DNA of 64,000 nt from an uncultured bacterium. GTDB taxonomy: Bacteria > Zhuqueibacterota > QNDG01 > DTFT01. A program made the translations under genes and the position numbers. The stretch is taken from positions 96,001 through 160,000 of the forward strand of contig CAVTNR010000012.1 of the NCBI GenBank assembly GCA_963736115.1, in the 5' to 3' direction. Below, in pieces: positions 39,805-50,825 of this stretch (its first letter is position 1; each line of letters starts with the position of its first letter). The notes under the pieces are model-generated. The model did not search any database. It was given only the letters and a program-made list of their open reading frames with translations, and was not told the DNA's origin.

Positions 39805-41076
39805 ATGCGTCGTCTCGCGACATGTCTGTTCCTCATCGCCCTCCTGCTTCCGGCCGCCTCTTCGCGGAGCCAGTTCATGAGCGGCAGGGACAAATTCCTC
39901 GGATGCATCATCCAGGGCGGCTCGTCCATCCCCAGATCCTGGCCCACCTACTGGAATCAGGTGACGCCCGAAAACGCAAGCAAGTGGGGCTCCGTCGAGT
40001 ACAGCCGCGACTCGTACAACTGGGCCAACCTGGACCAGGCGTACAATTACGCCAAGACGAACGGATACCCGTTCCGGTTTCACTGTCTCGTCTGGGGCAA
40101 ACAGCAGCCCGGGTGGATCGCGGATCTCGATTCCGCGCAGCAGATCGAGGAGATCGAGGAGTGGTTCACCCTGGCCGGCGAGCGGTACCCGGAGGCCGAT
40201 TACGTCGAAGTGGTCAACGAAGCCATTGAATGGCCCCCGTACGACTACTATCCGAGCTACCGCAACGCGCTCGGCGGCGCCGGCGCCACGGGCTGGGATT
40301 GGGTGATCAAAGCATTTGAAATGGCGCGGCAGGCATTTCCGGATTCGAAGCTCCTGCTGAACGAATACCAGCTCTTCGGCGGCAACAAGTCCATGACCAC
40401 CTGGCTCACAATCGTCAACCTGCTGAAGGAGCGGAACCTCATCGACGGCGTTTGCGAGCAGGGGCACTTTCTCGAAAGCGCCGGCGCCGCGGGCATCAAG
40501 AGCCGTCTGGACCAGATGGCCGCGACCGGACTGCCCATTCAGATCACCGAATTCGACCTGAACTTCGCGGACGACACCCAGCAGTTGAACAAGTACAAGG
40601 CTATATTCCCCGCCCTGTGGGAGCATCCGGCGGTCGAGGGCATCACGTTCTGGGGGTACATCCAGGGTACGATGTGGCGGACCGATGGATGGCTGCTCTC
40701 CAGCAGGGGCGTCGAGCGTTCGGCCCTGGTGTGGCTCAAGGAATACATCGCGAACTGGACGTCCGCCGTTTCCGGACCCGCTGAAGCCCCGGGTCCGGAA
40801 GGCTACAGCCTTCTGCCGAACTTTCCGAATCCGTTCAACCCCTCCACGTCCATCCGCTTCACTTTGCCGGCGGCGGGCCGGGCGGACGTGTGCATTCTCG
40901 ACGTGTCCGGCCGGACCGTGGCCTTGCTGGCCTCCGGCTTCAGGTCCGCGGGCCTGCACACCGTGCAGTGGAACGGTCTGGACGACACGGGCGCCGCGGT
41001 TCCGGCAGGCGTGTATTTCTGCCGGATGAACGCCGGTCCTTTCACTGAAACCCGCAAGCTGACGCTGGTCAAATGA
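39805..41076 (+). CDS. GH10 endo-1,4-beta-xylanase with T9SS/FlgD-type CTD (tandem paralog)
   Basis: VTPENASKW, EVVNEA, ITEFD; CTD PNPFNPST..RKLTLVK; ATG 39805 after AAGGA. Confidence 0.92.
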   Translation: MRRLATCLFLIALLLPAASSRSQFMSGRDKFLGCIIQGGSSIPRSWPTYWNQVTPENASKWGSVEYSRDSYNWANLDQAYNYAKTNGYPFRFHCLVWGKQQPGWIADLDSAQQIEEIEEWFTLAGERYPEADYVEVVNEAIEWPPYDYYPSYRNALGGAGATGWDWVIKAFEMARQAFPDSKLLLNEYQLFGGNKSMTTWLTIVNLLKERNLIDGVCEQGHFLESAGAAGIKSRLDQMAATGLPIQITEFDLNFADDTQQLNKYKAIFPALWEHPAVEGITFWGYIQGTMWRTDGWLLSSRGVERSALVWLKEYIANWTSAVSGPAEAPGPEGYSLLPNFPNPFNPSTSIRFTLPAAGRADVCILDVSGRTVALLASGFRSAGLHTVQWNGLDDTGAAVPAGVYFCRMNAGPFTETRKLTLVK

Positions 41077-42776
41077 GACGCATCCTCATGCTCGCGGCCT
41101 TGGCAATCGCACTTGCGATCGGCCTTCACGCGGACGAGCCCCAGGGATTCTTCATGGACGGCTTCGTCCAGCGGCACGCCGCGGTTCCGGCGCACATCCC
41201 GGAAAAACCGCCCCGGGGAAAACCCGATGTCACGGTCACGCTGCATGCCGGCGACGTCCGGGGCCGCGTCTCCCCACTGCTGCGGGGGGACAATGCCAAT
41301 GTCTACATGGGACAGATCGTCTCAGAGCCGGTTCTGCTCGGCCATCTGAAAACGCTCGCGCCCGCCGTGCTCCGGTATCCGGGCGGCAACCTGTCCAACC
41401 AGTTCTTCTGGAACGCGGCGCCGGGCGACACCCCGCGGGACGCGCCCGACTCCCTGATCTTTCAGGGCGCCCGCAAGCCGGCCGGATACTGGTCCGGCCG
41501 GAGCGAAGACACGCTCCATCTGTCCGTGGACAATTATTACCGGGTGCTGGCGGCGACAGGCGCCGCGGGCCTGATCTGCGTCAATTACGGGTATGCCCGG
41601 TATGAAACCGGCCCTGATCCCGTGCCCGCGGCCGCCGGACTTGCCGCGGACTGGGTGCGGACCGACAACGGCCGCACCCGTTACTGGGAGATCGGCAACG
41701 AGAACTTCGGGCCCTGGCAGGCGGGGTTCGAGATCGACTCCGCATCCTGCGGAGACGGCCGGCCGCGCATCATCTCCGGAGCCGAGTACGGCCGGCATTT
41801 CCTCGTGTTCGCCGATTCGATGCGGGCCGCGGCCCGGAGCGTCGGAACGGACATCCGGATCGGCGCGGTCATGGTCGAAGTCGACAAGGGCCCGGACTGG
41901 TACAATCCCGTGGAGGCGGACTGGAACCGTCAGGTGCTCGAAGCCGCGGGCGGGGCCATGGACTTCTTCTCCATCCACAGCTACTTCACCCCGTACAATG
42001 AGAATTCAAGCCCGGAGGTCATTCTCGCATCCGCCGGCACGGAGCTGGACCGCATGATGCGGCACATGGAGAATCTATGCGCCGCCCATGGCATTCCCGT
42101 GAAACCGGCCGCCCTGACCGAATGGAACATCTTCGCGACCGGCTCGGGCCAGCAGACTTCTTTCATCAATGCGCTGCACGCGAGTCTGGTGCTCGGCCAC
42201 CTGGCGGATCAGCGGTTCGGCCTGTCGGCCCGCTGGGATCTCGTGAACCGGTGGGACAACGGCAATGACCACGGGCTTTTCAATTACGGGGATGAACCCG
42301 GAGCGGCCAGATGGAACCCGCGTCCCGCGTATTTCCCGATCTATTATTTCGGAAAATATTTCGGAGACCGCATGATCCGATCCACGGTCTCACGGCCGGA
42401 AACGCCGCTTTGGGACGCCTCCGCTTCATCGCCGCATCCGGCCGGAGACGTTCAGGCTTTCGCCTCGCTGTTCAGTTCCGGCGAGGCCGGGCTGATGCTG
42501 GTGAACACAGGCGTCCGGGACAGGACGGTTCGGATAGAAGCGGACGGTTTCCGTGCCTCGGGCCGGTACTACCGGGTTTCTCTGACCGGCGGAGACGACA
42601 CCGCGCCCTTTTCGCGCATGATTTTCGTGAACGGCCGCGGACCGGAAGGCCCGTCCGGGGGCCCGATCGGGGAACTGAAGCGCATTCCCGCCTGGTCGCG
42701 GAAAATACGGGGACCTTTCGCGGTTCCTTTGCAGGCCCGGTCCGTTCAATTCATCCTGATCGAAGGGAAACGCTGA
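41073..42776 (+). CDS. Clan GH-A glycoside hydrolase, GH51-like (possible arabinofuranosidase)
   Basis: Signal peptide, LRYPGGN, YWEIGNE, IHSY and ALTEWN. Exact family uncertain. Confidence 0.75.
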   Translation: MRRILMLAALAIALAIGLHADEPQGFFMDGFVQRHAAVPAHIPEKPPRGKPDVTVTLHAGDVRGRVSPLLRGDNANVYMGQIVSEPVLLGHLKTLAPAVLRYPGGNLSNQFFWNAAPGDTPRDAPDSLIFQGARKPAGYWSGRSEDTLHLSVDNYYRVLAATGAAGLICVNYGYARYETGPDPVPAAAGLAADWVRTDNGRTRYWEIGNENFGPWQAGFEIDSASCGDGRPRIISGAEYGRHFLVFADSMRAAARSVGTDIRIGAVMVEVDKGPDWYNPVEADWNRQVLEAAGGAMDFFSIHSYFTPYNENSSPEVILASAGTELDRMMRHMENLCAAHGIPVKPAALTEWNIFATGSGQQTSFINALHASLVLGHLADQRFGLSARWDLVNRWDNGNDHGLFNYGDEPGAARWNPRPAYFPIYYFGKYFGDRMIRSTVSRPETPLWDASASSPHPAGDVQAFASLFSSGEAGLMLVNTGVRDRTVRIEADGFRASGRYYRVSLTGGDDTAPFSRMIFVNGRGPEGPSGGPIGELKRIPAWSRKIRGPFAVPLQARSVQFILIEGKR

Positions 42777-42812
42777 AAACCTCCCTTTCCCGCGCAGACT
42801 GACGGAGGATCC

Positions 42813-42959
42813 ATGACGCTTCTGCTTCCCCTCTTCCTCGCATGGCTCAATCCGATCTCCGGCACGGCCGTCGATCCCGCGGCCGTGGTTGCCGTGCGGG
42901 TGGACGTCCGCCTCCGGAACGAGCATTCGTCCGGGATCCTGGAATGGGCGGTGGAATGA
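42813..42959 (+). CDS. 48-aa small protein coupled to the sensor kinase
   Basis: GGAGGA RBS; MTLLLPLFLAWLNPISGTAVDPAAVVAVRVDVRLRNEHSSGILEWAVE; its TGA overlaps the kinase ATG (ATGA). Confidence 0.5.
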   Translation: MTLLLPLFLAWLNPISGTAVDPAAVVAVRVDVRLRNEHSSGILEWAVE

Positions 42960-45900
42960 GACGGGCTTCCCGCCGGCCGGGGGCGCGTCCGGCCGCCGCC
43001 GTTCTGGCGGCGCTCCTTTTCGTCTCGGAACTGGCGGGCCAGCCGAAACGCCTCCAGTTCCGGCAGCTGACCCCGGATGAGGGGCTCTCGTCATCGACGG
43101 TGACCTGCATTCTGCAGGACTCTCGCGGCTTCATGTGGATCGGCACGTACAACGGCCTGAACCGCTATGACGGATCGCGCTTCACCGTGTTCCGCTACAA
43201 TTCCCTCGATTCCACGTCCGTTCCGCACAACCTGATCTGGCAGATATTCGAGGACCGCGCCGGAACTCTGTGGATCGCCACCGCGGCCGGCCTGTCGCGT
43301 TTCGACTGGGAACGGGACCGTTTCGTCCGCATGAAGACCAGCGCGTCCATCGCGGCGCCCGGCTTGAGCTACGGTGTGCAGAGCGTGGCGGAGGATTCGT
43401 CGGGTGAACTCTGGCTCGGCACGACCGTCGGTGTGGTGAAGTTCGATCCGTCGGACGGACGGACCACCGTCTATCGGCATGATCCCGGAAATCCCGGGAG
43501 CCTCAGCCAGGATTACGTCGAATGCGTCGCCGTTGACAGCCGGAACCGCTTGTGGGTCAGCACGCGGAACGGCCTGAACCGCTTTTCCCCCGAAACCGGA
43601 ACGTTCCGCCGGTTCATGACCGACCCCCGCGTACCCGGGGAGCCTTCGACCCGCGCCTACTTCCAGGACATCGTGGAGGACCGGACCGGCACGCTCTGGA
43701 TCGGCTCGCTCGGCATGGGACTTTTCTCGATGCCGATGGACGCGCCGTCCGAGAAGACGATGGTCAATTACCGGCGCCATCCCGGGGATCCCCGGAGCCT
43801 TTCCGGCGACCGCGTGCTCTGCCTGTACGTCGATTCGCGGGACCAGCTCTGGGTCGGCACGGAAAACGCGGGCCTCAACCTCTGGGACCGGACCCGTCGC
43901 TCGTTCTGGCGTTACGAGCCCGACCTGTACAATCCCTCGAGCCTGAGCAACAATTCCATCCACGCGGTGTTCCAGGACCGCACGGGCAATTTCTGGATCG
44001 GCACTTTCGCGGGCGGAGTCAATGTCTCGAAATTCAACGGCGACGCCATTGTCCATTACCAGTCCATCCCCGGCGTGACCGGCAGCCTGAGCAACAACGT
44101 GGTGACGTCTTTCGCCGAGGACCCGCTCGGCCGGATCTGGATCGGCACGGACGGCGGCGGATTGAACCGTTTCGACTCCGAACGGGAGCGGTTCCGGAGC
44201 TGGCGGACGGGCAACAGCAATCTTAAAAGCGACGCCGTCATCTCGGTGTGCGTCGACTCCAGGCGGCGGCTTTGGGCGGGCACCTGGGGCGCCGGCCTGA
44301 ACCGTTTCGACCCGGAACGGGGCGTGTTCACCGCCTTCACCACGGCCAACAGCGGTATTCCCGAGAACAACATCCTGGTCGTGAAGGAAGGCCGAGACGG
44401 CCGGCTCTGGCTCGGCAGTTTCCAGAGCGGCCTCATCCGGTTCGATCCCGCCAACGGGAGCTTCACTTCATTCTCGACGCGGAACAGCGGGCTCAGCAAT
44501 GAGATGATCTCCGACATCGAGACAGGTCCGGGCGACGTTCTGTTCGTCGGCACGTACTTCGGATTCAACGTGTTCGATATTTCGACCGGTCAGTGCACCG
44601 TGTATCACCACGAACCGGGGAACCCCGCAAGCCTCAGCGACGACACCGTCATGGACCTGATGGCCGTCGGCGACACAACCGTGTGGGTGGGGACAATGGA
44701 CGGCCTGAACCGTTTCAATCTGCGGACCCGTACCTTCACGCGCTTCTCACACGGGGACGGTCTGCCGGACAACGTCATCAAGGGCATCGTGCAGGATCCC
44801 GCAGGAAAGGACCTCTGGGTCACCACCGAAAAAGGCGTCTGCCGGTTCAATCCCCTCCAGCGCCGCGGCCGTACATTCACGCGGGAGGACGGCCTCGAGA
44901 GCAATGAAAGCGCCCAGCGGAGCGTGCTGGCGACCCGCGACGGCCGCATCCTCTGCGGAGGCGCCAAGGGGTTCAACGTCGTCTACCCGGATCGGATCGG
45001 CGAGAACCGGATTCTGCCCCGTCTGATCTTCACCAATTTTCTGATGGCCAACCGGCCGGTGCCGGTCGGCGTGAAGGATTCCCCCCTGCCGGCCCACATC
45101 TCCGGCCTCCGGGAGATCACCCTCCCCTACCGGACGCCGGGCTTCACCATCACGTTCGCGGTCATGGATTTCACGATTCCGGAGAAGAACCAGTACGCCT
45201 ACCGGATGGACGGATTCGACCGCGGCTGGATCGAGGCGGGAACCCAGTCCGCCGCCACCTATGCCGGCCTCGGGCCCGGCCGCTATGTCTTCCGCGTAAA
45301 AGGGGCGAACAACGACGGGCTGTGGAACGAGAACGGCGCCTCCCTGCGCATCCGCATCAGGCCGCCCTGGTGGAGGACAGGCTGGTTTCTCGGCGCCGCG
45401 TTCGTCGGCCTGTCCGCGCTCCTGTTCGCCGGCATCCGCCTGCGGCTCCGCGGCGAACGCCGCCGGAACGCCGAGCTCGAGAAGCGCATCCGCGAGCGCA
45501 CCGCGGCGCTCGAGCGCTCGAATCGGGACCTCGAAGCCTTCAGTTATTCCGTTTCGCATGACCTGCGGGCCCCCCTGCGCAGTCTGAACGGATTCAGCAA
45601 GTCCCTGATCGACGACTGGGGGGACCGTCTGGACGAGACGGGACGCGATTACCTGAACCGGATCCGCAAAGCCAGCGAGCGCATGGGGCTCCTGATCGAC
45701 GAACTGCTGAAACTGTCTCGTCTCACGCGCAAAGGCACGGCGTTCCGCGAGGTGGAGCTCGGCCTTCTGGCCCGGTCCGTCATGGACGAGATCGCCCGTC
45801 TTCATCCGGAACACCGGCCGGACCTCGTCTGCGCGGACGGCTGCAGGGTACAGGGGGATAAACCGCTTCTCGCCGTCCTGCTCCGGAACCTGATCGACAA

Positions 45901-46213
45901 TGCGTGGAAATTCAGCTCCCGCCGGACCGATGCGCGCATCGAATTCGGCCGCGTCGAAAACGGCGGCGGGCCGGTGTATTTCGTCCGCGACAACGGTGTC
46001 GGCTTTGACATGGCCTATTCGAAAAACCTGTTCGACACTTTCGAGCGCCAGCATCCGGATTTCGACGGCACGGGCATCGGCCTGGCCATGGTCAAGCGCA
46101 TCGTGGACCGGCACGGCGGGAGCGTCTGGGCCGAAGGACAGGTCGGCGTGGGCGCAACCTTCTATTTCACGATCGGCCGCAGGTCGGCGCCCGGCGGAAC
46201 GGCCGCCGGATGA
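42956..46213 (+). CDS. Sensor histidine kinase with Reg_prop beta-propellers and Y_Y_Y domain
   Basis: Many D..G.LWIGT..GL repeats, QYAYRMDGFD..GRYVFRVKG.NNDG.W, a TM helix, H-box SHDLRAPLR, and N, G1 and G2 boxes. Confidence 0.92.
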   Translation: MRRASRRPGARPAAAVLAALLFVSELAGQPKRLQFRQLTPDEGLSSSTVTCILQDSRGFMWIGTYNGLNRYDGSRFTVFRYNSLDSTSVPHNLIWQIFEDRAGTLWIATAAGLSRFDWERDRFVRMKTSASIAAPGLSYGVQSVAEDSSGELWLGTTVGVVKFDPSDGRTTVYRHDPGNPGSLSQDYVECVAVDSRNRLWVSTRNGLNRFSPETGTFRRFMTDPRVPGEPSTRAYFQDIVEDRTGTLWIGSLGMGLFSMPMDAPSEKTMVNYRRHPGDPRSLSGDRVLCLYVDSRDQLWVGTENAGLNLWDRTRRSFWRYEPDLYNPSSLSNNSIHAVFQDRTGNFWIGTFAGGVNVSKFNGDAIVHYQSIPGVTGSLSNNVVTSFAEDPLGRIWIGTDGGGLNRFDSERERFRSWRTGNSNLKSDAVISVCVDSRRRLWAGTWGAGLNRFDPERGVFTAFTTANSGIPENNILVVKEGRDGRLWLGSFQSGLIRFDPANGSFTSFSTRNSGLSNEMISDIETGPGDVLFVGTYFGFNVFDISTGQCTVYHHEPGNPASLSDDTVMDLMAVGDTTVWVGTMDGLNRFNLRTRTFTRFSHGDGLPDNVIKGIVQDPAGKDLWVTTEKGVCRFNPLQRRGRTFTREDGLESNESAQRSVLATRDGRILCGGAKGFNVVYPDRIGENRILPRLIFTNFLMANRPVPVGVKDSPLPAHISGLREITLPYRTPGFTITFAVMDFTIPEKNQYAYRMDGFDRGWIEAGTQSAATYAGLGPGRYVFRVKGANNDGLWNENGASLRIRIRPPWWRTGWFLGAAFVGLSALLFAGIRLRLRGERRRNAELEKRIRERTAALERSNRDLEAFSYSVSHDLRAPLRSLNGFSKSLIDDWGDRLDETGRDYLNRIRKASERMGLLIDELLKLSRLTRKGTAFREVELGLLARSVMDEIARLHPEHRPDLVCADGCRVQGDKPLLAVLLRNLIDNAWKFSSRRTDARIEFGRVENGGGPVYFVRDNGVGFDMAYSKNLFDTFERQHPDFDGTGIGLAMVKRIVDRHGGSVWAEGQVGVGATFYFTIGRRSAPGGTAAG

Positions 46214-49200
46214 ACATCCGGAGGACCCGAATACGCCTGACCGCGCTGTACGTCCTGCTGGCCGTGTCCGGCCTGGCTGATCCCGTCCGCACCGGTTTCA
46301 GGCACCTCACGGTTCAGGACGGCCTCTCCCAGAGCTGGGTCCGCGCGATTCTCCAGGACCGGACGGGATTCCTGTGGTTCGGCACCGGCGAAGGCCTGAA
46401 TCGCTATGACGGGGCGGCTTTCACGGCCTATTACCGGCAGTCCCGCGACCCCCACAGCCTCGGCTCCAGCGCCATCCAGTCGATTTTCGAGGACAGCCGG
46501 GGGATTGTGTGGATCGGGACCGAAGACGGGCTGAACCGCTATGACCGGGCGCTTGATCGTTTCGACCGTTCCGGCCGCTGGCCCGGGGGCTTCATCTCCG
46601 GAATCGCCGGGGACCGTGACGGACGGCTCATCGTCGCGTCCCGGGATCTCGGCCTCTTCCTGTTCGATCCGGAAACGGATTCCGTCCGCTCCTGGATCCG
46701 CGGCATCCGCGAAGCGGAGCTCTACTCGGACCGGATCATCCATACGATTTTAATGGACCGCGCGGGAATCCTGTGGGTCGGAACGAATCAGGGACTGGAC
46801 CGGCTGGACGCGGGAGGCCGGGACGTGATCCGGTTCGGAAAGGGGCGGCCGCGGAGAACGGCCTGAGCGACGACGACATCCGGTCGCTCCTGCAGGACAA
46901 ATCGGGCCGGATCTGGGTCGGAACCGAAAACGGCGGATTGAACCTCCTGACCGGGGAACCCGGCCGTCCCCGGAATACCAAAGTGACCCGATTCGTACAC
47001 CATCCCGGCCGTCCCTCCGGCATCGGTCCGGGTTCCGTGCTGGCCTTACTCGAGGACCGGTCCGGTACACTGTGGATCGGGCTGGAAAACGGCGGTCTGG
47101 ACCGGGTCTCGCTAGAAAGCATGCCGGATCCGGACGCGGTTTTCCGCCATTTCCGTTCGATCCCCACGGATCCCTCCGGCCTTTCCAGCAATTCCATTCA
47201 TTCGTTGCACCAGGACCACGAAGGCGGCGTCTGGGCTGGCACTTTCGGGAACGGGATCAATTATACCCATCCCCTGATGAAGAAATTCAGCCATATGCGG
47301 CAGATCCCCGGCTCGGAGTACAGCCTGAACAGCAATCTCGTCAACGCCCTGCTGGAAGAGGGCCCGGTTCTCTGGATCGGCACCGAGGGCGGCCTGACGC
47401 GGCACGACCGCATCCGGGGGACTTTCCGCCACTTCATTCACGATCCGGCGGACGAAAACAGCATCGGTTCCGACGCGGTGTGGAAGATATTCAGGGACAG
47501 CCGGGGCGATCTCTGGATCGGCACCTGGGGCGGCGGACTGAACCGGTTCGAACGCGGGAGCGGCTCCTTCACCCGGTACAAACACGACGCCCGCGACGCG
47601 GGCAGCATCTCGGGCGACCGGATTTTCGGTATCGCCGAAGGCAGGGACGGCGCGCTCTGGGTGGGCACCATGGGCGAAGGCCTGAACCGAATGGATCCCC
47701 GAAGCCGGACCTTCACGCATTACCGGCAGAACAGCCGGAATCCGGCCGGGCTGGCCAATGATTATGTCAGCACCCTCCTCGCCGACAGCGGCGGCCGGAT
47801 CTGGATCGCGACCACGGTCACGGTGGACGTGCTGGACCCGGCCACGGGTGTGTTCCGGCATTACCGTCACGACGATGCCCGGCCCCGGAGCCTCAGCGCG
47901 AACTATGCCACTGTGTTTTTTGAGGACAGCCGGAAAAACCTGTGGATCGGCACGCACGAAGGCCTCAACGTCTACAATCCAGCCACGGACGATTTCGACT
48001 GCTACGACACGGACAGCGGACTGCCCAACAACCAGGTGAAAGGCATTCTCGAGGACTCGGCCGGAAACCTCTGGATCGCCACAAACCGGGGCATCACCCG
48101 ATTCGCGGGCGGAACCAAGCGGCCGGACAAGCCGGTCTTCGTTCATTACGACGCGGGTGACGGCCTCCAGGGGAATGAATTCATCAAACGCTCTTGCTGG
48201 CGCAGTCCGGACGGCCGCATGTATTTCGGCGGCAACAACGGTTACAATTACTTCAATCCCGACAGCCTGAAGGAGAATCCCTTCATACCGCCGGTGGTCC
48301 TGACCGGCTTCTCCCTTTTCAACCGGCCCGTACGGCCCGGAATCGGTGATTCGCCGATACAAAGCGCAATCGGCATGACGGACGGGATCGTCCTCGGCCA
48401 TCGGCAGTCGGTCATGGCCTTCGAGTTCGCCAGCCTGAGCTACCTGATGCCTCAAAAAAACAGGTTCGCGTACCGGATGGAAGGATTCGATCCGGACTGG
48501 ATCGAGGCGGGGGCCGAGAGGTCGGCCACTTACACGAATCTCCACCCCGGCCGGTACACGTTCCGGGTCCGGGGCTCGAACAACGACGGCCTGTGGAACG
48601 AACAGGGCGCGTCGGTCCCGATCCGAATCCGGCCGCCTTTCTGGGGCGCCGGGTGGTTCCAGCTGGCGGTCCTGGCCGGCCTCGGAGCCCTGCTGTTCAC
48701 GACACTGCGGATGCGGACGAACCGGATCCGGAATCGGAACCGCGAACTTGAAAAGGGCATACGCGAGCGCACCGCGGAGTTGGAGGCGTCGAACCGGGAA
48801 ATCCAGGCCTTCAGCCACTCGGTTTCGCACGACCTGCGCGCCCCCCTGCGCAGCCTCAACGGTTTCAGCCAGGCCCTGCTCGACGACTACGGAACCCGGC
48901 TCGACGAAACCGGCCGAGATTACCTGAACCGGATCCGAAAGGCCAGCGAGAGCATGGGCCGTCTGATCGACGATCTGCTGAGGCTCTCGCGCCTCACGCG
49001 CGAGGGCATGAAAATCCGGGAGGTGAACCTCAGCCGCATCGCCGAGGCCGTCATCGCCGAAACCCGCAGGACCGAACCCGGACGGCGGATCGACTTCCGG
49101 TGCGAGGCCGACGCCGCGGTTCAGGGAGACGAGCCGCTCCTGACCATTCTGATGCGGAACCTCATCGACAATGCTTTGAAATTCAGCTCCCGGAAGCCGG

Positions 49201-49481
49201 AATCCCGCATCACATTCGGATGCCTGCGGGAAAACGGGACGCCCGTCTTTTTCCTGAAAGACAACGGCGTGGGATTCGACATGGCCTACGCGGAGAACCT
49301 GTTCGGCGTGTTCCAGCGCCAACACCCCGATTACGAGGGCGCGGGTATCGGCCTGGCCACGGTCCAGCGCATCGTGGACCGTCACGGCGGAAGCGTCTGG
49401 GCCGAGGGGAAGGTGGACGATGGAGCGGTTTTCTACTTCACCATCGGGCGGAAGCGTCCGCCCGAACCGAGGGGAGCCTGA
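46210..49481 (+). CDS. Second propeller sensor histidine kinase, frameshifted near 46835
   Basis: ORFs 46210-46866 and 46773-49481 join (VIRF / RKGAAAENGLSDDDIR) into a full-length paralog of the first kinase. Confidence 0.85.
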
Positions 49482-49483
49482 GC

Positions 49484-49936
49484 ATGGACGAGAACAAAAC
49501 CATCCTGCTGGTCGAGGATAATCCGGACGACGCGGAACTGACGCTCATGACGCTTCGGAAAAACCGGATCGCCAACGAGGTGGTGGTGGTCCGGGAGGGC
49601 CCGGAGGCGCTGGAATACCTGTTCGGCACTGGCCGTTACGCGGACCGGGACACCACGGTCATGCCCGTGGTCGTCATGCTGGACCTCAAGCTGCCGAAAC
49701 TCGGCGGCCTGGAGGTGCTGAACCGCATCCGGAACAATGAGAAAACGAAGTATCTGCCGGTCGTCATCCTGACATCCTCGGACGAGGAGCAGGACCTGAT
49801 CAGCAGTTATGCGCTGGGCGCCAACAGCTATGTCCGGAAACCGGTGGATTTCATCCAGTTCCAGCAGGCCGTCCGGCAATTGACACTGTACTGGGTTCTG
49901 CTGAACCACACCGCGCCGGAGAAAGGGAAGAAATAG
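49484..49936 (+). CDS. Single-domain response regulator (Rcp1-like)
   Basis: ILLVEDN, MLDLKLP, ILTSS, GANSYVRKP; no output domain. Confidence 0.92.
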   Translation: MDENKTILLVEDNPDDAELTLMTLRKNRIANEVVVVREGPEALEYLFGTGRYADRDTTVMPVVVMLDLKLPKLGGLEVLNRIRNNEKTKYLPVVILTSSDEEQDLISSYALGANSYVRKPVDFIQFQQAVRQLTLYWVLLNHTAPEKGKK

Positions 49937-49963
49937 GACGGACGGATTCCGACCCCGGTGTAA

Positions 49964-49996
49964 CAGACCTGAAAGGTCTTCCAGACCTTTCAGGTC
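49964..49996. repeat. Palindromic intergenic repeat, copy 1
   Basis: CAGACCTGAAAGGTCTT-CC-AGACCTTTCAGGTC; second copy at 52843. Confidence 0.8.
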
Positions 49997-50160
49997 CGGC
50001 GCACGTCTTTTATGCGGCATGAGATTCGACCCCGGGGTCGGATTTTCGCATGACATCCTTTTACTTGCGCCGGATCCAAAGGTCCGGTATATTAAATGAC
50101 CCCGCCTCCCGCGTCCCAATGGACACGAGGGGCTGTTCCAACCCTGATCCGGAGGAGTCA

Positions 50161-50825
50161 ATGAAACCAAACACATTCGCCGCCGTCACCTGCGCCGTTC
50201 TGGTATTGGGGACGGCCGCTCCGTCGCGTTCCCAGACCGTCATTCCGCTTCCCGCTCCACGCGTGGAGGGCGGCCGGCCGCTGATGCAGGTCCTGAAGGA
50301 CAGGCGCTCAACACGCGCGTTCAAACCGGACACGCTTTCCCTGCCGATTCTATCCGACCTGCTGTGGGCCGCATTCGGTATCAACCGTCCGGAACGGGGT
50401 CTTCGCACCGCGCCTTCAGCCGTCAACTGGCAGGAAATCGACATGTACGCGGCCCTGCCTTCCGGTCTCTACCGTTACAACGCAGAGACGCATACACTCG
50501 TGCAATCCCTGGCAGAAGACATCCGATCCGCGACCGGGCTCCAGCCTTTTGTCGGAACCGCTCCGCTCAATCTCATTCTGGTTGCCGATTATTCGCGCAT
50601 GGCCCGGGGTTCGGCCGAAAACAAGGATCAATGGGCCTGGGCCGACGCGGCTTTCATCTCTGAAAACGTCTACCTGTACTGCGCGTCCGAAGGGCTGGGA
50701 ACCGTAGTGCGGGCCATGGTGGACAGGCCATCCCTCTCTGAAAAATGGGCCTCCGGCCGGATCAGAAAATCATACTCGCCCAGACCGTGGGTTTCCCGGC
50801 GGAACAGCCGCCGGCCGGCCGATGA
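50161..50825 (+). CDS. Nitroreductase (SagB/ThcOx-like), frameshifted at an A-run
   Basis: RRSTRAF, LSDLLWAAFG, RTAPSAVN, ENVYL. Adding one A at 50741-50745 gives KMGLRPDQKIILAQTVG and a stop at 50825. Confidence 0.85.

Noticed and set aside
21258-49385. Long antisense ORFs such as 21258-23045, 29832-31616, 36357-38198, 38350-40959 and 47112-49385
   Set aside because: They are shadow frames of well-supported genes in GC-rich DNA and carry no recognisable motifs.
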